From: Escherichia phage LHE287
Reading direction: 5' to 3' (one strand)
Length of the DNA: 64,000 bases
Sequence record: PP761450.1
A program made the translations under genes and the position numbers. Position 1 is the first letter of the stretch. Every line of letters starts with the position of its first letter. Of the stretch, positions 46,096-55,871 are shown in pieces. A model generated the notes under the pieces. That model was given only the letters and a program-made list of their open reading frames with translations. It ran no database searches and had not been told where the DNA came from.

Positions 46096-46824
46096 TTACT
46101 TCAGCGCGTTCTTCAGATTATCGGAACCGATGCTGTTGATGACACCTCCGGCGCAGATATCTTTCGCCCACTCTGATATCACGTTGGCAAAAGAGAAGTT
46201 AAGACACTTACCAACCATGTCTTGGATATGGGCTAACTCTGCTGCAATACCGTTCGTGATGTCTTGAGCAATAGAGGCTACTGATGCGACAGCAGTGTCG
46301 ATGGCTTGAGTAACTTCAGCAGCCAGTGCCCGAATAGCATCAAGACCAGCACTGACACCCTGAGCTACCAACTCAGCCAGCTCATTCATCTTGTTTGTGA
46401 TAGTTGTGAGAACACTTTGCATGGTGTTGATCCACTGTTTGCCGAGGTTCTGAATAACCCCAAATGCATTATTGATCAGATCACAGTTGTTCGGTTCTCG
46501 ACCTATAGACTTCAGGGCGGACTTATACGACACAGATGTACCGATGCGGGAATATGCCTCGTTCACTGACTGGTCGCCATAGTTGTTCAAAGTAGTGATG
46601 CTGTTGTTGGCTGAGTTGAACATTGCTGTAGATTCGTTGAGTTTGGCTGTAGTCAACCCACCTGCCGTCAGCGCTTCCTGAATCTGCGCATTTCCGGTGT
46701 TAGCCAGTGACGCTGCAGTCGCCTTACCACTGGTGATTAACCCCTGTGAGGCGCTGCTGAGGGACGGGAGAGGATTGGTAAAGGCGTTGCCCTGTGATAG
46801 GGCGTCATAGATCTGTGCGTTCAT
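46096..46824 (-). CDS. hypothetical A/S/T/N-rich protein (243 aa), possibly structural
   Basis: ATG 46824 immediately after 10-bp-stem terminator hairpin. Confidence 0.55.
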   Translation of the reverse strand: MNAQIYDALSQGNAFTNPLPSLSSASQGLITSGKATAASLANTGNAQIQEALTAGGLTTAKLNESTAMFNSANNSITTLNNYGDQSVNEAYSRIGTSVSYKSALKSIGREPNNCDLINNAFGVIQNLGKQWINTMQSVLTTITNKMNELAELVAQGVSAGLDAIRALAAEVTQAIDTAVASVASIAQDITNGIAAELAHIQDMVGKCLNFSFANVISEWAKDICAGGVINSIGSDNLKNALK

Positions 46825-46856
46825 AAGAAAATACCCCCATGGATGATGGGGGTATT
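46821..46856 (-). terminator. rho-independent terminator
   Basis: 10-bp stem AATACCCCCA/TGGGGGTATT then TTTTCTT on minus strand. Confidence 0.6.
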
Positions 46857-46862
46857 TAGGGA

Positions 46863-47033
46863 TCATGGTAGTTTGTAAACGAAGTTGGACCAGAACTTAC
46901 GAACAAACTTCTTGACATAAACCATTCGGTTGGCGTATTCCCCATCCTTCAGGTCATTGTAGGTCTCGATCCCTACCGCGCCCAAGAAGTACGCCGTGAA
47001 GATATAGCAGAACAGATTGATGACGACAAACAT
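46863..47033 (-). CDS. small membrane protein (57 aa)
   Basis: ATG 47033 with GGAG SD; hydrophobic helix FVVINLFCYIFTAYFLGAVGI. Confidence 0.4.
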   Translation of the reverse strand: MFVVINLFCYIFTAYFLGAVGIETYNDLKDGEYANRMVYVKKFVRKFWSNFVYKLP

Positions 47034-47072
47034 GATGTATCTCCGCTGTGTGCTCAAATTATTTATGATATG

Positions 47073-47495
47073 TTACAAAAGGCGCTTGGTCTTCGGCTTA
47101 CCCATTAGAGTGATATCCACAGGGAGGCCAGCTTTCTTGCAACGGTTGATCATGTCCAGGGTGCCAGTGGACGAACCATCCCACATCGCAATCGGATACA
47201 CTTCCAGCTTGGTCTGTCTGACGAGATCCAATGCCTTGTCTAACATGTCCTGATTGCGTTTGTTGCCCATCCCTTTCCCATACTTTTCATAATAGCTCGG
47301 AGGTATTGGCATAGGAGTGATATGAACATAATTGATTTCAGCCCAATCACGGCAAATCTTGTCCACACCAGAGGCTTCACCCTCAATCAGTGTATAGACC
47401 TCACGAGGATCCAAGAGTTCGTCCAGCTTGGCGAATACCTTATCCCGCTCGGTGATTGAGCGGGAACCCGTAATGAGAACGATATACTTCTTCAT
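47073..47495 (-). CDS. Rossmann-like SLOG/YpsA-family protein
   Basis: start at MKKYIVLITGSRS; motifs IVLITGSRS ... LIEGEASGVDK. Confidence 0.45.
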   Translation of the reverse strand: MKKYIVLITGSRSITERDKVFAKLDELLDPREVYTLIEGEASGVDKICRDWAEINYVHITPMPIPPSYYEKYGKGMGNKRNQDMLDKALDLVRQTKLEVYPIAMWDGSSTGTLDMINRCKKAGLPVDITLMGKPKTKRLL

Positions 47496-47500
47496 AGAAC

Positions 47501-47821
47501 TCACAGCGCCCCAAGATTGCCGATTACGTACAGGGAGCACAGAGGAGTGCCTGACGAACGCGGTTCGATCGTCATCCCGCTCAGGCGGATCAGTTCCAGT
47601 AAGCCGTCAGTGGTCTGATACGCGCGTGTCGAACCGTTCGGTCGATATAGCTCCAGCTCAGTTCGCCCTTCCTTTATTGCATTTCGAATGCGAGTGAACA
47701 CGCTGTGGTCGCCGAACTTCTGTTTCAGAAGATCCAGCTTGGTGGTCAGGCGGCGACGTGGTTTGCGCGCACGAGGGTTCTCTTTTACGACCGCTTCTAA
47801 AATCGGGATGCTGTTAGCCAT
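47501..47821 (-). CDS. hypothetical basic protein (106 aa)
   Basis: GAGGA SD; downstream of cassette copy C and 8-bp-stem leader hairpin. Confidence 0.5.
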   Translation of the reverse strand: MANSIPILEAVVKENPRARKPRRRLTTKLDLLKQKFGDHSVFTRIRNAIKEGRTELELYRPNGSTRAYQTTDGLLELIRLSGMTIEPRSSGTPLCSLYVIGNLGAL

Positions 47822-47920
47822 GATAAAGTCCTCTATTTGTAGGGGATAGGGTATGCGGTTAACATACCCTGTTCAAAGGTTTAGAACAAATTGCTGCAAT
47901 GTTACTTTGTAACGAGAGTG

Positions 47921-47963
47921 GTGATAGTTCCTTCATTTCAGAGTCAGTGTTGTGCTGCTTATG
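47921..47963 (-). repeat. conserved 5' leader, cassette copy C (start codon lost)
   Basis: ATAAGCAGCACAACACTGACTCTGAAATGAAGGAACTATCACC, no ATG at the homologous position. Confidence 0.7.
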
Positions 47964-47969
47964 GAATGA

Positions 47970-47998
47970 AGTATACGGGGTTTATTGAAGAATTAAAC
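47970..47998 (-). promoter_or_regulatory. early-type promoter, cassette copy C (-35 GTTTAA, -10 TATACT)
   Basis: minus strand GTTTAAttcttcaataaaccccgTATACT; -35 sits inside a 10-bp-stem hairpin (47975-48003). Confidence 0.5.
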
Positions 47999-48023
47999 CC
48001 CGTATATTGAATAAATTTAAAAT

Positions 48024-48260
48024 TTATTTGAAGCGATCAGGAAGGGTGTCGTGAACCTCGGCGCTCAGCACCAGAAACTTACCATCCGTCGTTGGGAAGC
48101 AATAGTCTTTCTTGATGTGACGCAAGTGTTCAGCTACAGCTGCTACGCAGTCATCTGTCACGTCGGTCTTCTCACCAACCCACATGCTGGTTTTGGTGTT
48201 CAACCTGCCCTGGAATATAGTACCAGTGAGAGGACTTGCGCCGATCTTTTTGATAATCAT
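48024..48260 (-). CDS. hypothetical protein (78 aa)
   Basis: ORF only. Confidence 0.45.
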   Translation of the reverse strand: MIIKKIGASPLTGTIFQGRLNTKTSMWVGEKTDVTDDCVAAVAEHLRHIKKDYCFPTTDGKFLVLSAEVHDTLPDRFK

Positions 48261-48268
48261 GTTTAACC

Positions 48269-48712
48269 TCAGTTGTTAACGCGGAATGCCGCCGGATACC
48301 CACCTGGATGCCCTTCTCCGGTCACGAAGACCTCGTACCGGGCACCTTTAACCAAACCAGGCAAATTGCCTGAGTCAAGCAGATAGCGGATTTTATCCAT
48401 AGTCTCCATCCAGGACTTAGCAGGTTCGGCCTCGGCCTCCCCACGGTTGATTTTGATCACACCCTCTGAATAATACTTCCCATTGTCCTTCATGTAGTAC
48501 AGCTTGACATCGATAAACTGTGGGGATGGAACTTCTGTCCAACCCTCATCGTTCAAATCCTGGCGATCATTGTCGAAACTCTGAAAATCAACATCACCGC
48601 ATGCCAGGCGATAATCTTTGAATTTACGGAAACCTTCCACCTTGTCCCCAACGGAGCTACGGAAGAACTGTTTCTTGGCGGGACTAATGAAAATGAAATT
48701 CTTGTTACACAT
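48269..48712 (-). CDS. hypothetical protein (147 aa)
   Basis: ATG 48712 with AGGAAGGA SD and ...CTATATCATG context. Confidence 0.5.
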   Translation of the reverse strand: MCNKNFIFISPAKKQFFRSSVGDKVEGFRKFKDYRLACGDVDFQSFDNDRQDLNDEGWTEVPSPQFIDVKLYYMKDNGKYYSEGVIKINRGEAEAEPAKSWMETMDKIRYLLDSGNLPGLVKGARYEVFVTGEGHPGGYPAAFRVNN

Positions 48713-48812
48713 GATATAGATCCTTCCTTTCAAAGAATGTTGTGTTCGTCGATATCGGACTGCGTTGCAATCTCCCAGCGGACGATGTTCTCGGTTGTGA
48801 CGAAATCACGGT

Positions 48813-48956
48813 TCAGGTGAGAGGCTGGCACATACACCATCGTGTCTCGACCATGAAGTAACACTGCTCATTGTTACAAGAATCAACGTAAACCTCGATG
48901 AGGCACACCTCGGCAACACCGGCTTTCGGCTTCTTCACAGTCTTTTTCAAGTACAT
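48813..48956 (-). CDS. small Cys-rich ORF (47 aa), not in ORF track
   Basis: own translation MYLKKTVKKPKAGVAEVCLIEVYVDSCNNEQCYFMVETRWCMCQPLT; GAGGG SD. Confidence 0.3.
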   Translation of the reverse strand: MYLKKTVKKPKAGVAEVCLIEVYVDSCNNEQCYFMVETRWCMCQPLT

Positions 48957-49019
48957 GGTACAACCCTCGGATAGTAGACGGGGCAATAATACCTCTCACC
49001 CCGTTATTGAAATGTTCTT

Positions 49020-50492
49020 TTAGTTCAAGACATATTTGATCAGTCCACAATTCCAAATCCTGACCAGCCCGGCTTCGGTTGCTAACTGGCTTTCTGTTTT
49101 GCCTTCTACGTCATACCCCATGCGAGCAAATGAACCTTTTCTGAAACCGAATTTGTGCTCACGCATAAATGTGCCAGGCTTGTGGTATTTGTAGTCTGGC
49201 TTCTGTACTTCCTCTTCTACGAATCCGTGGGATAGGTAAATGTTGGACAACCTGCTTACAACACACCTATCCCCAAAGGAATAGATTTTGGTGTCGGTAA
49301 ATTTTCTTCTGAAGTGTGAAAGAAGTTTACTGAATGCCCCGTGGCAATCATTAGAGGCAAATCTGACTAATTCCAGGCCATCTTTCCTTTTAGTGAATAG
49401 CATCACGGCTTGTATGACCCCACTCTTGTCAATTAACGACAAATGGTGGGTGGAAGAAACGGAACCTTGTATGTGGTGGTTGTCTAAAAACTCCCTCAAG
49501 CCGCTTATATTCCCCCAAACGACTTTGTGTTGGCGAGCATATGACGCGGGTGTTTTAATGCCAAGTTTAGCTTTCAGAAGAGATTTGACCACTTCCTGTT
49601 TCTCAACCCATTCATCTTCCCAGATGTGGATCAACTGGATACCCTGAGTTTCACATATTTCAGTCTTTTCCAGGTGATAATGTTTCTCTTTAAAAACTTC
49701 TGAATGCCAGTACAGGCCATTAAATTCGATCGCCAATTTGTGTTCAGGGCAATAGATATCCAGTTGTTTACCGGATAATATACTGTAATCAGAAACAGTG
49801 TTTACAACTCCCATTGAGGTGAGAAACTCGGATATTTCCTTTTCATAAGAAGATTTCTTGTTCCTGATAGAACCATTGCTGAACAACGCACGTTTTAGTA
49901 TGTTCGAGTTTTTCATAGGGTTGTCAACACCATAACGTTCTTGTAACGTTGCCAACGCCTTCTCCCTCACACCAGGTAATTGTAGTGTGGAGCAGCTTCC
50001 GTATTTGGATATATTCGAATTCTCTATGGCTTTCCGACCAATCCCACCTTTACACATAGAAACCTGATAACATTCTTCAGAACAATATGTTCTGTAATCT
50101 TTATTATTGATATAAAAGTTGGTTTCCTTGGAACACACCGGGCATATTTTCACGGTTCTATTGTACAGCCAAGCTGTGACTTTACAAGCCAAATCTTGTA
50201 GGGTGTTGTGGGTATTGGCGAACACTAAAAGGTCTACATTGATGTGCTTCATAAGCAGTTCAGATTTGCATTTTTGGATATCCAATTTGTTGTTCTTGGT
50301 AAACATATATTTGTAGAAAAATTGGCGATATGATTCCTCGTCAGACAATTCATTCACTGCTTCAAGGAAACCTTCCGGGAGGTTCTTTAGGGTGTTCGAT
50401 GCGAAGGTCTTGCAAGCATCTGAACAAAATTTCTTATCTTTCCTGGATGCTTTGAACTGTTCATGGCAGACACTACAGATTACCTGATACAT
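49020..50492 (-). CDS. nuclease-like protein with N-terminal zinc ribbons; candidate free-standing homing endonuclease
   Basis: ATG 50492 with GGAGGA SD; CxxC pairs (CSVCHEQ, CSDAC, CPVCSKE, CSEEC); IEFNGLYWHSE block; AT-rich codon usage versus neighbours. Confidence 0.55.
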   Translation of the reverse strand: MYQVICSVCHEQFKASRKDKKFCSDACKTFASNTLKNLPEGFLEAVNELSDEESYRQFFYKYMFTKNNKLDIQKCKSELLMKHINVDLLVFANTHNTLQDLACKVTAWLYNRTVKICPVCSKETNFYINNKDYRTYCSEECYQVSMCKGGIGRKAIENSNISKYGSCSTLQLPGVREKALATLQERYGVDNPMKNSNILKRALFSNGSIRNKKSSYEKEISEFLTSMGVVNTVSDYSILSGKQLDIYCPEHKLAIEFNGLYWHSEVFKEKHYHLEKTEICETQGIQLIHIWEDEWVEKQEVVKSLLKAKLGIKTPASYARQHKVVWGNISGLREFLDNHHIQGSVSSTHHLSLIDKSGVIQAVMLFTKRKDGLELVRFASNDCHGAFSKLLSHFRRKFTDTKIYSFGDRCVVSRLSNIYLSHGFVEEEVQKPDYKYHKPGTFMREHKFGFRKGSFARMGYDVEGKTESQLATEAGLVRIWNCGLIKYVLN

Positions 50493-50540
50493 AATTATTC
50501 TCCTCCATATGGTATCTAGTATAACCTGTTCGATAATATG

Positions 50541-50568
50541 AACAAATAAAAACCCCGCCGAAGCGGGG
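50541..50568 (-). terminator. strong rho-independent terminator after major capsid gene
   Basis: CCCCGC-CGAA-GCGGGG then TTTTTATTTGTT on minus strand. Confidence 0.8.
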
Positions 50569-50596
50569 TTTGTCAGGGTTAAGGACAACTATTCGA

Positions 50597-51919
50597 TTAG
50601 AAAAGTCCCTTAATTAACCCTTTGCGGAAATACACGTTGGTGTCCTTGGCGATACCATCCGCAGTCACATAGACCTGTGGATCCTGGTTCGCTGGGATCT
50701 GAACGAATGGGTTAGCACAAATCCCGTAGCGGGTCTTGAACGCCATACGTGGTGCGAAGGTGGTTTCACCCTGGGTGCGGTACATTTCCAGCGGTACATA
50801 CGGTGCGAAGAAGATACCAGCGTCCAGCGCAGTTGCGCCTTTGTATGCCAGGGTGATGTATTCTGCTACTGCATACGGGTCGATGTAGACACGCATACCG
50901 TTAGACAGCACACCAGCGAAGGTCTGACCAGTCGGATCAATCGCCAGCTTGGTGTTTTCCTGCAGCGCCGGAGCATAATCCAGCATACCGGACATCGCCA
51001 GGGCAGACGCTACGTTCGGGGAGCACAGAACACGGTTGCCTTTACCACGACGGGTGTCAACACCGATGCCGTTCGCTTCAACTTCCAGCATGAAAGTCAT
51101 GTACTTCCATTTTTCCAGCGCCCAACGACCGGAGATGTCAGTGGAGATGTCTACGATACCGTTGGTGCCGAATTTTTTGAAGCGTACTGCGCTGAAGTTC
51201 ATGGTGCGGATAAACTCACGGTTCATCTCTGCCTGAATTTCAGTTACCATCACGTCGGACAGGATGCTGTCAACGTCTTCGCCGTGGATCGCCATCATGT
51301 CCTGGCGCAGTTCATGGCTGTAGTCAGCGTACAGGCCGCGAGACTTCGCAGTCACGGTTGCTTTCTGAACGGTGATACCGACACGTGCCCATGGGTTGGT
51401 GGTGGTGCCCAGCAGTTCAGCGTCGGAAGTTGACATACCTTTACCGATGGTGGTGGTAGCAGCGCCGGAACCTTCGATCTCAGTCTGGGAGAAGCCAGAT
51501 GGGTCGCCAGCCTGTGCAGTGTCGTCACCAGAGTAGCCAGAATCAGCTTCCTGCATGAACAGTTCTTTACGGGACTGTGCGGTGTTGGAACCGTCTGCAA
51601 CACCTTGGCGAGCACGCAGTGCGAAGATCTGACCGTCAGGACCAGACAGCGGTTGAACACCGAAGAAGTCCATCGCGATGTTGACCGGAGCCAGACGTTT
51701 GGCCATGTCGATCAGGACTGGCTGCCATTTACCCACAGAGGTGTTCACGGAGCCAGGAGCGTCGGATTCGCCCAGGTTTTTGGCGTTCCACTCAGCCTGG
51801 TTTTGCAGCAGACGGACGGCAACGTTTTCGGCAGAAAGCGGCTGGATGCTTTCAGATTCTTTCTGAAGAACTGGCAGCCACTGCTCGCGCATTTGTTCAG
51901 TAACAAGTTTCTTAGCCAT
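50597..51919 (-). CDS. gp23: major capsid protein (T4 gp23-like)
   Basis: AQPLSGPDGQIFALRA and C-terminal MAFKTRYGICANPF...YFRKGLIKG match T4 gp23; start at second ATG (AAGGA SD). Confidence 0.9.
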   Translation of the reverse strand: MAKKLVTEQMREQWLPVLQKESESIQPLSAENVAVRLLQNQAEWNAKNLGESDAPGSVNTSVGKWQPVLIDMAKRLAPVNIAMDFFGVQPLSGPDGQIFALRARQGVADGSNTAQSRKELFMQEADSGYSGDDTAQAGDPSGFSQTEIEGSGAATTTIGKGMSTSDAELLGTTTNPWARVGITVQKATVTAKSRGLYADYSHELRQDMMAIHGEDVDSILSDVMVTEIQAEMNREFIRTMNFSAVRFKKFGTNGIVDISTDISGRWALEKWKYMTFMLEVEANGIGVDTRRGKGNRVLCSPNVASALAMSGMLDYAPALQENTKLAIDPTGQTFAGVLSNGMRVYIDPYAVAEYITLAYKGATALDAGIFFAPYVPLEMYRTQGETTFAPRMAFKTRYGICANPFVQIPANQDPQVYVTADGIAKDTNVYFRKGLIKGLF

Positions 51920-52011
51920 GATGGTCATTCCTTACATTGATATTCAGTTAAGTTGAAATTACTTAGTAGTTCAAAATCAAGCCCCCTTTTCGAGGGCTGT
52001 GGCTGCTAAAA

Positions 52012-52863
52012 TTAGCCGTTGATGCCGAAGCGACGATTATAGTCGGCCAACTGACGCTTGATAGATTCTTTCAGCTCTTTGTCTGTTTCATCTTCATCGT
52101 CATCTTCATCGCCTTCTTTCTTAGGCTTTTTGCCTTCGGCTTTAACATCTTTGTTGTCGTCATCGCCGTCTTTACCGCCGACTTTGTCCTGGAAGTCATC
52201 GTCATCGTCATCGCCTTCTTTCTTCACGGACTTACCTTCTACCAGGTTGCGGAAGGTGTGTACGCGGGAAGCGAATTCGCTTTCGGTGGTGAACTGCACA
52301 GCTTCCAGCAGATTGACAACCGTTGCTTTCTTGGTGTCGACCATACCTTCACAGATACGGGCGATCACAGAGTCACGCAGAGTCGCATTCGCGGCTTCTT
52401 TGATTTGACGGTTTTCGCTTTCGGCAATCGCAGCACGTCGTTCTGCTTCGGTCAGGCGGGCAGTCAGCGCAGCGATCTGGCCGTTTTCGTCGGTGGCAAA
52501 GTTGATACCAGCTTCTTTCAGAACACCAGTCAGGCCAGTCAGCAGATTTTCAGCCGCTTCACGTTTGATCTGAGCATCGATTGCAGGAGCGTTCTTGTTA
52601 GCCCACTCTTCTACAACAGCATTCAGGAAGCCATCGACTTTGGTCGCGATTTCCATCAAGTGAGACTCTTTCAGCTGAGCAATCTCAGCCTGATGAGCTT
52701 CAACCAGACGCAGGCGCTCAATATTGGCAGCGTTTTCGGTTTCTTGAATAGCGGTCAGGCGAGCGGCTTCTACTTTAGATTCCAGCAGACCAGACACTTT
52801 ATCCAGGAAGTCGGTGCTGAGGCCGTTAACACCCTCAAACAGTTTTTGCAATTCAGGTTTCAT
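52012..52863 (-). CDS. gp22: prohead core scaffold protein (T4 gp22-like)
   Basis: 283 aa, coiled-coil with acidic D/E/K-rich C-terminus; position between gp21 and gp23. Confidence 0.8.
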   Translation of the reverse strand: MKPELQKLFEGVNGLSTDFLDKVSGLLESKVEAARLTAIQETENAANIERLRLVEAHQAEIAQLKESHLMEIATKVDGFLNAVVEEWANKNAPAIDAQIKREAAENLLTGLTGVLKEAGINFATDENGQIAALTARLTEAERRAAIAESENRQIKEAANATLRDSVIARICEGMVDTKKATVVNLLEAVQFTTESEFASRVHTFRNLVEGKSVKKEGDDDDDDFQDKVGGKDGDDDNKDVKAEGKKPKKEGDEDDDEDETDKELKESIKRQLADYNRRFGING

Positions 52864-52908
52864 GATTGTTTCCTTCTGAACGATTTTCAGTATTTAGTGA
52901 GGCTGAAT

Positions 52909-53577
52909 TCAGCCCAGATGTTTCAATGCGATATCGAGGCGGCGCAGGAAGTCGTCTTCTAACTGAATATTGGTTTTTACCAATGAATCGACCACATGCC
53001 CCTTAATGTCCTTAGGAACCCAAATTCCTGAAGATTCATCAAGCTGCCATTCCACAGATTCGCTCACAGCCTTTACATAACAAACTTGTCCAGAAGGACG
53101 GTCGACTGCATCAACAGCAGTGAGCATAAAGCCGGGTTGAACGTCATCATAGCCGTTCACTGACTTGGTCTCACCAAGGCCACGTGTAGACACTGCCAGG
53201 TTGAAGTCTGCTTCAGCCAGAGCACGAATGATCTGACCTTTCGGTGTATTCAGGATCCGCGCTCGACCGATAGCGTTGGTGCCTTCCCAGCGCAAAGATT
53301 CGGTTTTGAGTGCAGCGTGTTCGATATCGGGGAAAGGATAATCCGGATGCTTGAGTTCACCGATTGCACGACGATCCTGGATATACTCTTTGTCGTATGC
53401 TTCGACAGCAGGGATACCCACTTTTTGGAGATCGTAGTTGCGACCATTACGGTTCACCTGGTTACACATCACGAATGGACCTTCGATGTACATGGCTTTG
53501 CCGCCAGTAGCCGTGGCCGCTTCACCAATCTGAAGGTCTTTCCCTATCGCAGTGATCTCACGCAACAGTTTCATCAT
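52909..53577 (-). CDS. gp21: prohead protease (T4 gp21-like)
   Basis: MYIEGPF..NRNGRNY, AIGELKHP, IGRARI, STRGLG match T4 gp21. Confidence 0.85.
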   Translation of the reverse strand: MMKLLREITAIGKDLQIGEAATATGGKAMYIEGPFVMCNQVNRNGRNYDLQKVGIPAVEAYDKEYIQDRRAIGELKHPDYPFPDIEHAALKTESLRWEGTNAIGRARILNTPKGQIIRALAEADFNLAVSTRGLGETKSVNGYDDVQPGFMLTAVDAVDRPSGQVCYVKAVSESVEWQLDESSGIWVPKDIKGHVVDSLVKTNIQLEDDFLRRLDIALKHLG

Positions 53578-53584
53578 TCGCTCC

Positions 53585-53890
53585 TTAACTCAGTCCCATC
53601 ATACGACGGAACTTCATTGCTTTTTTCTTACGACGCTCGATTTTGCGTTGGTATCCCATACCCATGCGTTTCTTGGCTCGGATCGCCTTGCGGTTGCCCA
53701 GCTTGCGGGTACGGCGCTCACTGGCGACCATCACCTCACAACGGGAACCATCCGCAGACAGTTTGAAACCAGGAGCACACTGCAGACGGCGACGGCGTTT
53801 GCCTTTTGCGTTCACCTTGTCAATGACTTTCTGCTCATCCATGCGGGAAGCCAGGAAATCAGCGAACGTTGCAACTTCTTCGATTTCCAT
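53585..53890 (-). CDS. gp68: prohead core protein (gp68-like)
   Basis: 101 aa, highly basic; position between gp67 and gp21. Confidence 0.6.
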   Translation of the reverse strand: MEIEEVATFADFLASRMDEQKVIDKVNAKGKRRRRLQCAPGFKLSADGSRCEVMVASERRTRKLGNRKAIRAKKRMGMGYQRKIERRKKKAMKFRRMMGLS

Positions 53891-53902
53891 GATACATTCC
53901 TC

Positions 53903-54124
53903 TTACTGGTCGTCGCCGAAAGGACCCATGTCTTGGCTCAGGGAGTTCAAGACATATTCAGTACCCTGCTGGACCAGTTCTTGGGCGCGAGCGGATAGCT
54001 CCATTTCGCATTCAGCAGCAGCGGCATCAGTATCACCGGCGATGATTGCTTTTACCAGATCGATAGCAGCCATGTTCATATCCTCTAAATGTTTTCTATA
54101 CTTAGTCGAATTATTCTTCACCAC
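53903..54124 (-). CDS. gp67: prohead core protein (gp67-like)
   Basis: small acidic ORF between portal and gp68; start uncertain. Confidence 0.5.
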   Translation of the reverse strand: MVKNNSTKYRKHLEDMNMAAIDLVKAIIAGDTDAAAAECEMELSARAQELVQQGTEYVLNSLSQDMGPFGDDQ

Positions 54125-55805
54125 CAGGAGGGTTAGTCGCTGGGATGACGTTAGGTCTGAATTTCAGTGGACTGACTTCCCCGCTGCCGAAGCCGCCGGA
54201 CTCATCTGCCTGCACTTCAGGGTATTTGCCTTCTTTCTTCTCTTTCGCGATCTTCTCTTGCTGGTCTTTGATGTCTTCATCGGACATACGCAGCAAATTT
54301 CGTTGAGCAAAATCGATAGAGAAGAGAGTGCCGATATATGGTTCGATCTGACCGAGAGCCGCCATACGCTGTGACAAGATTTCGTTCTCTTGTTGTTCAC
54401 GGATGAAGCTGTCAGAAGTGAATTCGAACTTGACGAACGGCTTGATCTTCTCATTCCAGTCAGCCTGATCTGTAATGCCTTTCAATATCAGTTGACGGCG
54501 CAGAAGTTCCAGGAAGATACCAGAAGAATAACGACGGCGCAGGCTCGCACAGAACTTGTTGAAGCGCAGTTCTTCCTGTGTGATTTCAGCAAGATTGGAA
54601 CCACCGATGTTGATGGAACCTTCCTCTTGCAGGCGGCTCTTAGGGATCATCAGAGCCTCGTAGAGCTTCTCGCGGAAGTATACCACATGATCCATTTGAC
54701 CCAGTTGATCGCCACCGCCTACGTTGGAGATCTCGGTTGCGTTCTGCCCTTCGCGACGTGGTAGCCAGTAGTCCTCAGCGATACCCATCAAATGAGTGTT
54801 ACCAGCCACCTTACCAGTGGTGCGATCATACGCCAGACGGTTCTTGAATTTGCCCATCATGGCTTGCATGTATTCTTCGGCCGACTTCTTACCCAGCGTA
54901 CCCACGTCGAGATAGAACGCTCGCTTCTCAGGAGCACGTGTGATCGCATAGATCACCGTTGCATCTTCAGTTGTAACAAGGTTGTTCAGGGGACGGATAG
55001 CTGGGTTCAGCAGGCTTGGTACAACCCCATTTGCCAGAGGCTCTTCACCACTGTCCAGATACACTATGCTCTCATCATCAAACACCAGCTCTTGCTGTGA
55101 CGGTTGGAAGTTCTGAGACGTACCGGACTGGCCAGTGAATTGGTTGCGGTTGTAGTTCGGGTTGTAGTAGTATTGAAGTTTTACGTCATTGATGACTTCG
55201 ATACCGTCGCGCATCGCCTTTTGAACGATGTACACTGGGCGGATACAGCGTGAGTCCATCATGATGAGTTTGGCGATACCCGCTTTCTTGTTCTTCGGGT
55301 CCACCACAACGTGGAATGCCTGACGGCCTTCAATATACCATTTGCGGATCTTCTGATACGCTGTGTTGTCAAAGTCAAGGAGATGCATGATCTCTTTGAA
55401 TGCGTCAGTGATCTTCTCTTTGACTTCGTCTGTGATGCCATCTACCTTTTCCAGGTTGATGGTTACAGGAGTCTCTTCCTCTTCACAAGTGACGACGTCG
55501 TTGACAATGATATCCACAGCCTTACGAATCTCAGGCTGCTGAGCCATAGACTGGTACTCTTCGACCAGCTGTTTGACGTTGAGCAACTCATTCTCAACAC
55601 CAACGAAATTGAATGTGTTCGCGCCGCCCTGGAGGATGATGGAACCATCCTGAGAATCGTCCAGCGCAACAACAGTCGCTTTTGAAAGCAACTTCTCTTC
55701 TTGGTTCGTGACCATCTTGTCGGTATCAATCGGCGCTTCTACTTTGCCGCCTCTGCCGAACAAGCCGAAGAACCCATTTCCGAATGCACCATTACCGAAT
55801 GCCAT
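54111..55805 (-). CDS. gp20: portal vertex protein (T4 gp20-like)
   Basis: PEKRAFYLDVGTLGKKSAEEYMQAMMGKFKNRLAYDRTTGKV ... EDYWLPRREGQNATE matches T4 gp20. Confidence 0.9.
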   Translation of the reverse strand: MAFGNGAFGNGFFGLFGRGGKVEAPIDTDKMVTNQEEKLLSKATVVALDDSQDGSIILQGGANTFNFVGVENELLNVKQLVEEYQSMAQQPEIRKAVDIIVNDVVTCEEEETPVTINLEKVDGITDEVKEKITDAFKEIMHLLDFDNTAYQKIRKWYIEGRQAFHVVVDPKNKKAGIAKLIMMDSRCIRPVYIVQKAMRDGIEVINDVKLQYYYNPNYNRNQFTGQSGTSQNFQPSQQELVFDDESIVYLDSGEEPLANGVVPSLLNPAIRPLNNLVTTEDATVIYAITRAPEKRAFYLDVGTLGKKSAEEYMQAMMGKFKNRLAYDRTTGKVAGNTHLMGIAEDYWLPRREGQNATEISNVGGGDQLGQMDHVVYFREKLYEALMIPKSRLQEEGSINIGGSNLAEITQEELRFNKFCASLRRRYSSGIFLELLRRQLILKGITDQADWNEKIKPFVKFEFTSDSFIREQQENEILSQRMAALGQIEPYIGTLFSIDFAQRNLLRMSDEDIKDQQEKIAKEKKEGKYPEVQADESGGFGSGEVSPLKFRPNVIPATNPPGGEE

Positions 55806-55871
55806 GATTAAGTCCTCAACATTTTCTTGTAATTAGTGAGGGGGAATAAAGATCCCCCAGCACTGAGGACA

